From Massilia sp. (GTDB taxonomy: Bacteria; Pseudomonadota; Gammaproteobacteria; Burkholderiales; Burkholderiaceae_D), in NCBI GenBank assembly GCA_045810465.1, contig JBJMVW010000221.1, positions 23,197 through 87,196 on the forward strand: a stretch of 64,000 bases of DNA. Direction: 5' to 3'. The notes under the pieces are model-generated. The model ran no database searches and was not told where the DNA came from. It saw only the letters and a list, made by a program, of their open reading frames with translations. This document shows positions 1-9,301 of the stretch, piece after piece (position 1 is the first letter of the stretch; each line of letters starts with the position of its first letter). The position numbers were made by a program, and so were the translations under genes.

Positions 1-390
1 GCTCACGTGGCCCTTCGGCTTGACCGCCGATGGCGCCACCGGCAGGTCGCCGTCCAGGAACACCGGGTCGGAGATGCGGCCCACGTGCCACAGCTGCAGG
101 ACGATGCGGCCGCCGGCCTTGTGCACCGCGTCCGTGACCTGTTTCCAGCCGTCGACCTGGGCGTCCGACCAGATGCCCGGGGTGTCGGCGTAGCCCACGC
201 CCTGCGGGGTGACGGCGGTCGCCTCCGAGAGGATCAGGCCGGCCGACGCGCGCTGCGCGTAGTATTCGGTCATCAGCGCGTTGGGCACGCGGTCGCCACC
301 GATTGCGCGGGCGCGGGTCAGCGGCGCCATGACGATGCGGTTGGGCAGTTCGAACGCGCCAATCTTGATCGGGTCAAACAGTGTAGTCAT
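1..390 (-). CDS. NADH:flavin oxidoreductase / alkene reductase, Old Yellow Enzyme family (N-terminal ~130 aa; gene continues past window start)
   Basis: Reverse translation from ATG at 388-390 gives MTTLFDPIKIGAFELPNRIVMAPLTRAR...HKAGGRIVLQLWHVGRIS, the conserved OYE/NemA N-terminus. Absent from the ORF track because it is open at the window edge. Confidence 0.8.
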   Translation of the reverse strand, partial: MTTLFDPIKIGAFELPNRIVMAPLTRARAIGGDRVPNALMTEYYAQRASAGLILSEATAVTPQGVGYADTPGIWSDAQVDGWKQVTDAVHKAGGRIVLQLWHVGRISDPVFLDGDLPVAPSAVKPKGHVS

Positions 391-399
391 GCGGAACTC

Positions 400-696
400 C
401 TATAGTCCGTTGTTCAGTTGGGCGAGGAAGGCTTCAATCAGCTCCTCGTTACGTTGGAAGAACACCCACTGGCCGACGCGTTTCGAGGTGACCAGCCCGG
501 CACGTTGCAGCGTGGCCAGGTGCACCGACACGGTCGACTGCGCCAACCCGGCGCGCTGGTCGATCTGCTTGCAGCACACGCCCATGTCGAACGGAAGTTC
601 CTGCTGCGGAAAGTGCAGTTGCGGCTCCTTGAGCCACTGCAAAATGTCGCGCCGCACCGGATTAGCCAGCGCCTTGTGGATTGCGTCGATGTCCAA
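400..696 (-). CDS. ArsR/SmtB family transcriptional regulator (98 aa, TTG start)
   Basis: ORF 400..696(-). HTH region ...DQRAGLAQSTVSVHLATLQRAGLV... is typical ArsR. 9 nt upstream of the OYE gene, so a likely operon. Confidence 0.8.
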   Translation of the reverse strand: MDIDAIHKALANPVRRDILQWLKEPQLHFPQQELPFDMGVCCKQIDQRAGLAQSTVSVHLATLQRAGLVTSKRVGQWVFFQRNEELIEAFLAQLNNGL

Positions 697-713
697 TGGG
701 TTCTCCTGTATCG

Positions 714-760
714 AATTCTTTCGAATCCAATATCGTCATATTACGATATGTTTGGATTCT
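714..760. promoter_or_regulatory. Imperfect inverted repeat upstream of arsR-like gene (candidate operator)
   Basis: GAATCCAATATCGT-CATATT-ACGATATGTTTGGATTC lies 25-65 nt upstream of the TTG start of the ArsR gene. Arms are near reverse complements with one 3-nt indel. Confidence 0.3.
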
Positions 761-772
761 CTGCCGAGAGCG

Positions 773-1669
773 CTATCGGGCAGGGCGCGCGAGCGCCCAC
801 AGCCGGGCGCCGAACTGGTTCAAGGCCAGGCCTCCGAGCACCAGGGCGCCAGCGGCCATCTTCCACCACTGCAGCGGTTCGCCCAGCACCAGGGCGGCAC
901 TGAGCATCCCCGCGACCGGCACGAGCAGGCTGAACGGGGCGACGGCGGCGGCCTCGTATTTGCGGATCAGCATCGACCAGATGCCGAAGCCGAGGATCGT
1001 GTTCGGATACGACTGGAACAGCACGGCGCCCAGCGTGCGCCAGGAAAAGTTGTGCGCCGCCGTTTGCCAGGCGGCGCTTCCCTCGGCCAGCAGCGAGGCC
1101 ACCAGCAGCGGCGGCGCCGCCAGCAGGGCGCCCCAGACCACCAGCGACAGCGCGTTGACCGTTCCCATCTTGCGGGTCACGATATTGGCGAGTGCCCAGC
1201 ACAATCCGCGGAGCACGAGCAGCGCGAAACCGAGCACGGTCGCATGGCCTTCCAGGTTGGCGGCGACCAGGCCCATGCCGGCCAGCGCGACCACCGCGCC
1301 GGCCAGTTGCGCGCGGCGAGGGCGCTCGCCCAGCATCAACACCGCCAGGCCGATCGTGAAGAAGGCCTGCAACTGGATCACCAGCGACGCCAGGCCCGCC
1401 GGCAGTCCGAGCTTAATACCGGTAAACAGCAAGGTGAACTGGAGCGCGAACTGGAACATGCCGTAAGCCGCGACCAGCTTCCAGCCCGTGCGCGGTCGCG
1501 GCACGAAGAACACCAGCGGCAGTGCGGCGAACACGAAGCGCAGCGCGGTGAACAGAATCGGCGGCAAGTCCTGCAGCCCGATCTTGATGACCACGAAATT
1601 CACGCCCCAGATCGCGACGACCCCCAGCGCGACCAGGATATCCGTCGCCGTCATTGTTTGTTTCATGCC
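773..1669 (-). CDS. EamA/DMT superfamily transporter (10 TM)
   Basis: ORF 773..1753(-). Credible start at [15 protein letters not shown] (1669). Two EamA-like halves and hydrophobic TM periodicity. Confidence 0.75.
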   Translation of the reverse strand, partial: GMKQTMTATDILVALGVVAIWGVNFVVIKIGLQDLPPILFTALRFVFAALPLVFFVPRPRTGWKLVAAYGMFQFALQFTLLFTGIKLGLPAGLASLVIQLQAFFTIGLAVLMLGERPRRAQLAGAVVALAGMGLVAANLEGHATVLGFALLVLRGLCWALANIVTRKMGTVNALSLVVWGALLAAPPLLVASLLAEGSAAWQTAAHNFSWRTLGAVLFQSYPNTILGFGIWSMLIRKYEAAAVAPFSLLVPVAGMLSAALVLGEPLQWWKMAAGALVLGGLALNQFGARLWALARPAR

Positions 1670-1770
1670 TGTCCCCGGTTTTGGATGATTATCGCCGAGA
1701 ATTGCTGGTGCTATACTTGCCGGTCTTTTTTTGCTATGCCCGGCCGCTTGCACGCCGAGGCGGGGAGCGT

Positions 1771-2094
1771 CGGATGAGCTGGATCATTTTGTTTGTTGCC
1801 GGTCTGCTGGAAGTGGCCTGGGCCGTCGGCCTGAAGTACACCGCCGGGTTCACCCGCCTGTGGCCGTCCGTGTTCACGCTCGTGACCATGGCCGCCAGCA
1901 TCGGCATGCTCGGCCTGGCCTTGCGCCAGCTGCCGCTCGGCACCGCCTACGCGGTCTGGACTGGGATCGGCACCATTGGCACCGCAATCGTCGGCATGGC
2001 CGTGCTGGGCGAACCCGCCGGCGCACTGCGCCTCGGCTCGATCGCGCTGATCGCGATCGGCATCGCCGGGCTCAAGCTGCTCACGCCTGCCTAG
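1771..2094 (+). CDS. sugE: SMR-family small multidrug/guanidinium exporter (SugE/Gdx-like, 107 aa)
   Basis: Internal start [26 protein letters not shown]... of ORF 1654..2094. Four TM segments with the conserved Glu in TM1 (LLEVAW). Confidence 0.8.
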   Translation, partial: RMSWIILFVAGLLEVAWAVGLKYTAGFTRLWPSVFTLVTMAASIGMLGLALRQLPLGTAYAVWTGIGTIGTAIVGMAVLGEPAGALRLGSIALIAIGIAGLKLLTPA

Positions 2095-2293
2095 CACCTC
2101 CTCAGTTCCTTTCCGCCCGTAACCTCGGACGACGCGGTGCTCATAAGCATCTGATTATTCGGGGAAATCCAGATTTCAAAGAACCCGGTGTCCGTTTGAT
2201 TTGCGTCGTCGCGCCCGGTCGCGACATCGCCAAGATGGCAGCTCTTCGCTGCCATTGAGCCGCGAGCTCGTTCAGACAACCGGGAACTCCCTG

Positions 2294-3295
2294 ATGATTC
2301 TTCTCACCGGCGTCGCCGGTTTTATCGGCATGCATGTCACGCGCCGCCTGCTCGCGCAAGGCCACGAGGTACTCGGCGTCGACCACATGGGCCCCGGCCC
2401 CGACCCGGCGCTCAAGGCGCGGCGCCTGGCGGATTTGCTCAATGCGCCAGGCTTCCGCTTTACCCGCCTCGACCTGGCCGACACCGAGGCGACCGGGCGC
2501 CTGTTCGACGAGCAGCGCTTCGATTGCGTGATCCATCTCGCGGCCCAGACCGGCGTCCGCTACTCGGCCGAGCATCCGCACGAGTGCGTGAGGAACAATG
2601 TGGTCGGCTTTGCCAACGTGATCGAAAATTGCCGGCGCCAGCAGGTCGGCCACCTGCTGTACGCGAGCAGTTCGAGCACGTATGGCGCCAACCGCCAGCT
2701 GCCGTTTTCCGAGCATCACGCGGTCGACCACCCGGTCAGCCTGTACGCCGCGACCAAGCGCAGCGACGAGCTGCTGGCGCACAGCTACAGCCACCTGTAC
2801 CGCCTGCCGACCACCGGCCTGCGGTTTTTCACCGTCTACGGTCCCTGGGGCCGGCCGGACATGGCGCCGATGCTGTTCGCCGACGCGATCGCGCAGGGCC
2901 GGCCGATCGAGGTCTTCAACGGCGGCAACATGCTGCGCGACTTCACCTACATCGACGACGTGGTCGAATCGGTGGTGCGCCTGATGGAACAGCCGGCCGC
3001 GCCCGATCCGGGCTTCGACCCCGCGCATCCCGACCCGGCCACCAGCTATGCGCCTTACCGCATCTACAACGTCGGAAACCAGCAGCCGGTCGCGCTGCTC
3101 GAATTCATCGAAGCGCTCGAACAGGCGCTCGGACGCAAGGCGGAGCGGCTGATGCGGCCCATGCCCGGCGCCGACATGCAGGCCACTTGCGCCGACACGC
3201 ATGACCTCGAACAGGCAATCCACTGGACCCCGGCCACCCCGCTCGCCACCGGCATCGAGCGTTTCGTGCGCTGGTATGAAAGCTACCATGCGTGA
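2294..3295 (+). CDS. NAD-dependent sugar-nucleotide epimerase/dehydratase (SDR; UDP-glucuronate/UDP-hexose 4-epimerase-like)
   Basis: MILLTGVAGFIGMHV (GxxGxxG Rossmann motif), catalytic YxxxK (LYAATKRSDE). First gene of a 5-gene operon. Confidence 0.8.
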   Translation: MILLTGVAGFIGMHVTRRLLAQGHEVLGVDHMGPGPDPALKARRLADLLNAPGFRFTRLDLADTEATGRLFDEQRFDCVIHLAAQTGVRYSAEHPHECVRNNVVGFANVIENCRRQQVGHLLYASSSSTYGANRQLPFSEHHAVDHPVSLYAATKRSDELLAHSYSHLYRLPTTGLRFFTVYGPWGRPDMAPMLFADAIAQGRPIEVFNGGNMLRDFTYIDDVVESVVRLMEQPAAPDPGFDPAHPDPATSYAPYRIYNVGNQQPVALLEFIEALEQALGRKAERLMRPMPGADMQATCADTHDLEQAIHWTPATPLATGIERFVRWYESYHA

Positions 3296-4349
3296 CCTGC
3301 GCCAGATGCCGGTCCGGGTGCCAGGCGCCACCGAGCGCCGCGACCCCGAGCGCCTGTCGATCGTGGTGCCGATGTACAACGAGGAAGACAACGTGCTGCC
3401 GCTGGTAACGCAGGTGCAGGCGGCGATGGCGGCCTCGCCGTGGCCGTGGCAACTGATCCTGATCGACGATGGCAGCCGCGACCGTACGGCCGAGCGCATC
3501 CGCCAGGCGGTGGCGGGCTGTCCCGAACACATCGGCGCGGTCATCCTGCGGCGTAACTTCGGTCAGACCGCGGCGATGCAGGCCGGCATCGACCTGGCCG
3601 ACGGGAGCATCATCGCCACGCTCGATGGCGACCTGCAAAACAATCCACACGACATCGTGCGCATGGTGCGCCGCCTGCTCGACGAGGATCTCGACCTGCT
3701 GGTCGGCTGGCGCCGCGCGCGCCAGGACAACCTGTGGCTGCGCAAGGTCCCGTCCTGGCTGGCCAACCGGCTGATCGTCGCGGTCACCGGCGTGCGCCTG
3801 CACGATTACGGCTGTTCACTGAAAATCTTCCGCGCCTCGGTCATCCGCCAGGTGCGCCTGTATGGCGAAATGCATCGCTTCATTCCGACCTGGGTGGCGA
3901 CGGTGACTGCGCCCGACCGCATCAAGGAAGAGCCGGTCAGCCACTTTGCACGAGTGCACGGGCAGTCCAAATACGGCTTGTCGCGCACCTTCAAGGTGCT
4001 GCTCGACCTGTTGTCGATGTATTTCTTTTCGCGCTTTCGCGCCAGCCCCGGGCACTTCTTCGGCCGCATCGGCCTGCTGTGCGGGTTCGGCGGCAGCCTT
4101 GCGCTGCTGTGGCTCGGGTGGCGCAAGTTCGTCGACGGCGACTCGATCGCCAACCGGCCCTTGCTGATGCTCGGTGTGCTGCTGGCTGTGATCGGAGTGC
4201 AGTTCATCTGCACCGGCATCGTCACCGAAATGCTGGCGCGCACGTATTTCGAGGCGGCCGGGATCCGCACTTACCTGGTGCGCGAAATCCTTGGGGGAGC
4301 CGCAAGCGCCCAGGGGAGCCGTGCCGACGGCTCGGCGGAGGCATCTTGA
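3288..4349 (+). CDS. Family 2 glycosyltransferase, ArnC/polyprenyl-phosphate sugar transferase-like
   Basis: ATG at 3288 overlaps the epimerase stop (ATGCGTGA). LSIVVPMYNEEDN...LILIDDGSRDRT...DGDLQ motifs (DXD) plus two C-terminal TM helices, as in ArnC/DPM1. Confidence 0.8.
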   Translation: MRDLRQMPVRVPGATERRDPERLSIVVPMYNEEDNVLPLVTQVQAAMAASPWPWQLILIDDGSRDRTAERIRQAVAGCPEHIGAVILRRNFGQTAAMQAGIDLADGSIIATLDGDLQNNPHDIVRMVRRLLDEDLDLLVGWRRARQDNLWLRKVPSWLANRLIVAVTGVRLHDYGCSLKIFRASVIRQVRLYGEMHRFIPTWVATVTAPDRIKEEPVSHFARVHGQSKYGLSRTFKVLLDLLSMYFFSRFRASPGHFFGRIGLLCGFGGSLALLWLGWRKFVDGDSIANRPLLMLGVLLAVIGVQFICTGIVTEMLARTYFEAAGIRTYLVREILGGAASAQGSRADGSAEAS

Positions 4350-5941
4350 GGAAGGCGCCAGCCCTGCAGCGCGTGCACGGCGCGCGCGGCCTGTGGCTGG
4401 CGGCGCGCGGCACGCTGGCGCCGGCCGCGCCGCCGCTGCTGCTGGCCGCGGCGGTGTATCTCGGGCTGTTCTTCCAGCTGGGCGGGTTCCCCTTGTTCGA
4501 CGTCGACGAAGGCGCGTTCAGCGAGGCAACGCGCGAAATGCTGGCGCGCGGCGATTACGTCACCACCTGGCTCAATGGGCAGCCGCGCTTCGACAAGCCG
4601 ATCCTGGTCTACTGGCTGCAGGCGCTCTCGGTTTCGCTGTTCGGCGTCGACGAGTTCGCGTTCCGGCTGCCGTCGGCACTGGCGGGTACTGCCTGGATCG
4701 CAGCGATTTTCGCATTCACGCGCCGCCAGTTCGACCAGGCCACCGGCTACGCCGCGGCGATGATCGGCGCCACCACGCTCGGCGTGTGCGTGATCGGGCG
4801 CGGCGCGATCGCGGACGCGCTGCTCAACCTGTTCCTGGCGCTGGCGATGTTCGACATTTTCCGCTACCAGCAGCAGGCGCGGGCGCGCTACCGCTACCGC
4901 GCCTTCCTGTGGATGGGGCTGGGCCTGCTGACCAAGGGGCCGGTGGCGCTGCTGGTGCCGTTCGCGGTCAGCGGGGTGGCGTTTGCGCTGCACGGGCAGT
5001 GGCGGCAGTGGGCGAAGGCCGTGCTCGATCCGCGCGGCTGGCTGGTCCTGGCCGCGGTCGCGGGGCCCTGGTACGTGCTCGAATACCTGCGCCAGGGCGA
5101 TGCCTTTATCGCCGGCTTCTTCCTGCGCCACAACGTCGAACGCTTCATGTCACCGCTGCAGGGGCACAGCGGCAATCTCTTCTATTATTTTCCGGTCGTG
5201 CTGCTGGTGCTGCTGCCGTACAGCGGACTGTTCCTGCACGTGCTGCCGCGGCTGCGGCAACTGCGCGCCGACCGGCTCGATACCTTCCTGTGGTGCTGGT
5301 TCCTGTTCGTGTTCGTGTTCTTTTCGTTCGCCGGGACCAAGCTGCCGCACTACCTGCTGTATGGCATCACGCCACTCTTCGTGCTGATGGCGCGCCACCG
5401 CGCCGGGCTGGCGTCGCGCCTGCTGGCCTTTGCGCCGCCCGTGCTGCTGCTGGCGCTGGTGGTTGCCCTGCCACACGCGCTGCGCGCTTTCGCCCCCGCT
5501 GCCCGCAACCTGTACTTCCGCGAGATGCTGACCCGGGTCGACGTCTTCGGCCCGGGCTGGCAACTGGCCGCGTCGGCGCTGCTGCTGGCGGCGCTGGGGC
5601 TGGCGCTGGTGCCGCCTGGCGCGGTGTGGCCGCGCCTGGCCGGCTGCGCATTCCTGTGCTCGTTTGCGGTCGGCGCCCTGGTGCTGCCGGCCGTGGCCGA
5701 GCTGCAGCAAGGGCCGGTCAAGGAAGCGGCGCTGCTGGCACGCGCGGCACGGCTGCCGGTCCGGACCTGGCAATTCAACGTTCCCAGTTTCAGCGTCTAC
5801 CGGGGCGCGGTGACCGAACGCGCGGCTGTGCTGCGGCCGGGCGAGGTGATCCTGACACGCAGCGACGAATTGCAGCGCCTGGGCGATGTACAGGTGCTGT
5901 ACCGCAAGGGTGGCGTGGTGCTGGCCCGGATGCCGCCGTGA
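4346..5941 (+). CDS. ArnT/PMT-like glycosyltransferase (GT39/GT83), 4-amino-arabinose-transferase-like
   Basis: Frame of ORF 3734..5941. Credible start TTG 4346 overlapping the GT2 stop (alternative GTG a few codons downstream). N-terminus FDVDEGAFSEATREMLARGDYVTTW...FDKPILVYWL is the ArnT/PMT periplasmic loop 1 signature; about 12 TM helices. Confidence 0.7.
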   Translation: MRKAPALQRVHGARGLWLAARGTLAPAAPPLLLAAAVYLGLFFQLGGFPLFDVDEGAFSEATREMLARGDYVTTWLNGQPRFDKPILVYWLQALSVSLFGVDEFAFRLPSALAGTAWIAAIFAFTRRQFDQATGYAAAMIGATTLGVCVIGRGAIADALLNLFLALAMFDIFRYQQQARARYRYRAFLWMGLGLLTKGPVALLVPFAVSGVAFALHGQWRQWAKAVLDPRGWLVLAAVAGPWYVLEYLRQGDAFIAGFFLRHNVERFMSPLQGHSGNLFYYFPVVLLVLLPYSGLFLHVLPRLRQLRADRLDTFLWCWFLFVFVFFSFAGTKLPHYLLYGITPLFVLMARHRAGLASRLLAFAPPVLLLALVVALPHALRAFAPAARNLYFREMLTRVDVFGPGWQLAASALLLAALGLALVPPGAVWPRLAGCAFLCSFAVGALVLPAVAELQQGPVKEAALLARAARLPVRTWQFNVPSFSVYRGAVTERAAVLRPGEVILTRSDELQRLGDVQVLYRKGGVVLARMPP

Positions 5942-5945
5942 GGAC

Positions 5946-6743
5946 ATGATGAGCAAACTGCCGCTGTCGGCCTGGGCCTGGCTGCCGCCGCTGGTGGCCG
6001 CGACGCTGTTCGCGCTGATTGCGCTGTCCGGCGCCAACCACAACCTGTTCCTGTTGCTCAATCACGAGGGCGGCCCGCTGGGCGAAAATTTCTGGGTCAA
6101 CCTGACACTGCTTGGCGACGGCGCGGTGGCTCTGGCGCTGGTGCTCCCCTGCATCAAGCGCTCGCCGCAGTGCCTCTGGTCGGCCCTGATCGCGGCCGTC
6201 GTCGCCGCTTTGCTGGTGCAGGGTTTGAAGCAGGTCGTCAACGTGCCACGTCCGCTCGGTGTGTTCCGGCCTGGCGATTTCTACCATTGGGGGCCGGCCT
6301 ACCGGGCCGTGTCGTTCCCGTCCGGCCACGCGGCGGCGATCTTCGCCATCACCGGTATCTGGATCATGGGACTGTCGCGCCATTACCTGCTGCGCGCGGC
6401 CCTGCTGGCGGTGGCGCTGCTGGTGAGCCTGTCGCGCGTGATGGTGGGCGTGCACTGGCCGCTCGACCTGCTGGGCGGCATGTTGGCGGGCTGGGCCGCC
6501 GCATGGACCGGCCTGGCGCTGTACGCGCGCTGGGGCTGGAAAACCTCCGGAATCGGCGGCTTCGCGGCCGGTGTCGTGCTGCTGGTGATTGCCGGCGCCT
6601 TGCTGGTCAGCCGGCATATCGGGATACCGGCGGTGCTGCCGTTGCAGCGCACGCTCGGCGCGGTGTGCCTGGTCTGGGGGGCGTGGGAAATGGTCCGGAT
6701 GCTGCCGCGGGCGCAGCTGCGGCGCCAGCCGAAAGGGGAGTGA
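5946..6743 (+). CDS. PAP2-family membrane phosphatase (lipid A phosphatase LpxE/LpxF-like or undecaprenyl-PP phosphatase)
   Basis: Starts 5 nt after the ArnT-like stop. PAP2 motifs KQVVNVPRP...PSGH...SRVMVGVHWPLD. Confidence 0.75.
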   Translation: MMSKLPLSAWAWLPPLVAATLFALIALSGANHNLFLLLNHEGGPLGENFWVNLTLLGDGAVALALVLPCIKRSPQCLWSALIAAVVAALLVQGLKQVVNVPRPLGVFRPGDFYHWGPAYRAVSFPSGHAAAIFAITGIWIMGLSRHYLLRAALLAVALLVSLSRVMVGVHWPLDLLGGMLAGWAAAWTGLALYARWGWKTSGIGGFAAGVVLLVIAGALLVSRHIGIPAVLPLQRTLGAVCLVWGAWEMVRMLPRAQLRRQPKGE

Positions 6744-6744
6744 C

Positions 6745-7032
6745 ATGGACGAAAACCTGCTCTGGCTACTGGTTGGCTTTGGCGGCCAGGCCCTGTTCAT
6801 GGGGCGTTTCGTGATCCAGTGGTTCGTCAGCGAACGCCAGCGCAGGAGCGTGATCCCGGTGTCGTTCTGGTACTTCAGCATCCTGGGCGCGCTGGTGTTG
6901 CTGGTGTACGCGGTGCACCGGCGCGATCCGGTGTTCATCGCGGGCCAGTCGCTCGGGGTGCTGATTTACCTGCGCAATTTGCACCTGATCCGGCTCGAAC
7001 GGGCGGGAGCACGCGAACAGACGCAGCGATGA
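6745..7032 (+). CDS. Small membrane protein with lipid-A-biosynthesis N-terminal (LAB_N-like) domain
   Basis: ATG 1 nt after the PAP2 stop. MDENLLWLLVGFGGQALFMGRFVIQWFVSERQRRSVIPVSFWYFSILGALVLLVYAVHRRDPVFIAG matches LAB_N small proteins that accompany ArnC-like GT2 genes. Confidence 0.6.
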   Translation: MDENLLWLLVGFGGQALFMGRFVIQWFVSERQRRSVIPVSFWYFSILGALVLLVYAVHRRDPVFIAGQSLGVLIYLRNLHLIRLERAGAREQTQR

Positions 7033-7060
7033 ACCCGTGCACCAACGGGTTCGGCAGCGC

Positions 7061-8071
7061 TCAGCCGCGCCCGAACTCCGGATTCGGCCGCGTCATGTAG
7101 TACCACTCCTGGTTCGGCCCGGCGTTGGCGTCGGGGAACAGGATGCGGCCGCTGAACTCGGCCAGCACCGCGGTGCCGTCGGCGCGCACGCCGATCTGCT
7201 CGCCCTCGGTGACCGCATCGAAGCTGGCCCAGGTGCGCGAGAATTTGTCGCTGGCATCGATCTTGTCGTGCACGTTGACCATCGCCAGCGCTTCCATTTC
7301 CTCGAACGGCACCGGCGCCGGCTCCGGCGCATCGATGATCTTCAGGAACGCGAGCGTATTCATGATCGCGCGGTACGCAACCTCGGGCGCCGCCGGGTCC
7401 TCGTGCTGGCCGCATTCGAGCGTCAGCGCGTAACCGCCGGTGGTACGCATGTACTCGGTGGTGCCGACGCCGTAGCGCAGTACGGTTTCGAGTTCCGCCG
7501 CATTGCCGCGGCTGCGCCGTTGCACACCCTGGCCATAGGCCGCCATCCAGCCGGTCACGAAGCGGCGCACGCCCAGCCGGCGCGCCAGCGCGCGCTCCTT
7601 TGCCGAGTGATGGAACGGCTCGAGCGGGCCGTCATTGTCGGCCGGTCCGACCATCACGAACGGTTCGCCGTTCTTCGCGTTGAACGAGTGCAGGTCGAGC
7701 AGCACGTCGTGTTGCGCCAGCAGCGGGCACAGCCAGTTGGCGACCTGGTCCTCGAAGTCCTGCGGATTCTCTTTCGGGAACAGGTTGCGGTTCAGGTTGC
7801 GGTCGCCCGAGCGCGTTCCCTGCGCGTAGGCCAGCGGGTTGACGATAGGGACGAATGTGACACTGCCTGCCGCGACCCGCAGCCTGCCGCTGTCGAGCTC
7901 GTCCATGACGCGCCGGATCGCCGTGGTGCCGCAGGTCTCGTTGCCGTGGGTGGCGCCCATGACGATCACGCGCGGACCCTGGCCCAGCCCGGTATAGTTG
8001 ACGGATTTGAACTGCAGGTCGCGTGCGGAAGTCATTACTGTGGTGATCCAGGGAAATTTCGGTGTTCTCAT
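7061..8071 (-). CDS. Succinylglutamate desuccinylase/aspartoacylase family zinc hydrolase
   Basis: ORF 7061..8071(-). GATHGNETCGT...E...H zinc-ligand pattern of the AstE/AspA (M14-like) family. Alternative start at 8035. Confidence 0.7.
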   Translation of the reverse strand: MRTPKFPWITTVMTSARDLQFKSVNYTGLGQGPRVIVMGATHGNETCGTTAIRRVMDELDSGRLRVAAGSVTFVPIVNPLAYAQGTRSGDRNLNRNLFPKENPQDFEDQVANWLCPLLAQHDVLLDLHSFNAKNGEPFVMVGPADNDGPLEPFHHSAKERALARRLGVRRFVTGWMAAYGQGVQRRSRGNAAELETVLRYGVGTTEYMRTTGGYALTLECGQHEDPAAPEVAYRAIMNTLAFLKIIDAPEPAPVPFEEMEALAMVNVHDKIDASDKFSRTWASFDAVTEGEQIGVRADGTAVLAEFSGRILFPDANAGPNQEWYYMTRPNPEFGRG

Positions 8072-8143
8072 TTTAGGGGAAACGCTGGCGTCTGTGGGGG
8101 CGGCGTGGCATCATCCGCAACTTCATCAAGGCAGAGCAGCAGC

Positions 8144-9301
8144 ATGACCCAGCCACCCACCACCGTGCGCGTCCACGGCCTCGACACCCTGCGCGCGCTC
8201 GCCGTCAGCCTGGTGGTGCTGCACCATTACGTGCTGTTCGTCAGCCGCCGCCCGACTTTCGGCTGGGTCGGCGAGATCGGCTGGGCCGGGGTCGACCTGT
8301 TCTTTGCACTGTCGGGCTACCTGATCGGCAACCAGATTTTCAGTGCGATGCGCAGTGGCGACGGCTTCTCGCTGCGCAACTTCTACGCGCGCCGCTTCCT
8401 GCGCACCTTGCCCAACTTCTGGGTGGTGCTCGCGCTGTACGCGCTGTGGCCGGCGTTCCGCGGCGATGCGCCGCTGCTGCCGCTCTGGAAGTACCTGAGT
8501 TTCACCCAGAATTACCTGCTCGAGCCGGGCACCGCGTTTTCGCACGCGTGGTCGCTGTCGATCGAAGAACAGTTCTATATGGTGCTGCCGGCGGCCGCAC
8601 TGGCGGCCGGCATGCTGCGGCGCTCCGTCGGCTGGGCGTGGCTCGCCATCGGCCTGGCGTTCGCCGCGGGCATGCTCACCCGCGCGCACCTGTGGCTCGA
8701 CGTCGTCGACGGCGAGCGCTACTGGAGCCACCACTACTATAAATACATCTACTACTCGACCTTTTGCCGTTTCGACGAGCTGCTGGCCGGGGTGGCGCTG
8801 GCCCTGCTCAAGAACTACCACCCGCGGGCCTGGCGCCGCCTCACGGGCTACGGCAACCGCACGCTGGCGCTCGGCGTGGCGCTTGCCGGGCTCGGATTCT
8901 GGCTGTTCCTGCGCGACCACTACGGCTTTGCGATGACCGTGTTCGGCTACCCGCTGCTGGCGCTCGGGTTTTCGCTGCTGATCGTGGCGGCCCTGTCCGA
9001 AGGATCGCTGCTGCGCGCTGTGCGGGTGCCGGGCGCGGGCAGCCTCGCGTTGTGGTCGTATGCGATCTACCTGACGCATAAGCAGGTCTGCATTCTCGCC
9101 GCCGAACCACTGCGCGCGCTCGGCTACGGCCCCGATTCGCCGCTCGCGATCGCCGCCATGCTCGCGCTGTCGCTGCTGGCAGGATGGCTGCTGTACCGGC
9201 TTGTCGAAACGCCGTTCATGGCGCTGCGCGCACGCTGGTTCCCATCCAATCGTGGCCGCCGTAGGGCGCCTAATTCACGATCCGCGCCTGCGCTTCGATG
9301 A
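8144..9301 (+). CDS. Acyltransferase family 3 (OafA/OpgC-like) membrane protein
   Basis: Internal start MTQPPTTVRVHGLDTLRALAVSLVVLHH of frame 7037..9301. Conserved acyltransferase_3 N-terminus and about 10 TM helices. Confidence 0.75.
   Translation: MTQPPTTVRVHGLDTLRALAVSLVVLHHYVLFVSRRPTFGWVGEIGWAGVDLFFALSGYLIGNQIFSAMRSGDGFSLRNFYARRFLRTLPNFWVVLALYALWPAFRGDAPLLPLWKYLSFTQNYLLEPGTAFSHAWSLSIEEQFYMVLPAAALAAGMLRRSVGWAWLAIGLAFAAGMLTRAHLWLDVVDGERYWSHHYYKYIYYSTFCRFDELLAGVALALLKNYHPRAWRRLTGYGNRTLALGVALAGLGFWLFLRDHYGFAMTVFGYPLLALGFSLLIVAALSEGSLLRAVRVPGAGSLALWSYAIYLTHKQVCILAAEPLRALGYGPDSPLAIAAMLALSLLAGWLLYRLVETPFMALRARWFPSNRGRRRAPNSRSAPALR

Noticed and set aside
1670-1770. Looked for a guanidine-II (mini-ykkC) or guanidine-III riboswitch in the 5' leader of the sugE/gdx-like gene
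   Set aside because: No paired hairpins with ACGR tetraloops or ykkC-III consensus were found. There is only a generic GC-rich stem (GACGC...GCGUC) just before the start
281-1777. 498-aa plus-strand ORF and many other long ORFs in alternative frames (for example 4291..5949+, 17789..19024+, 18051..19124-, 19681..20790-, 23827..25935-, 28154..29869-, 28881..30131-, 30150..33143-, 41272..43029+, 43781..45211+, 43878..45245-, 52603..53376-, 54712..55992+)
   Set aside because: These are typical high-GC shadow ORFs. They are Arg/Ala/Gly/Pro-dominated with low complexity and no motifs, and they fully overlap genes with strong family signatures in another frame
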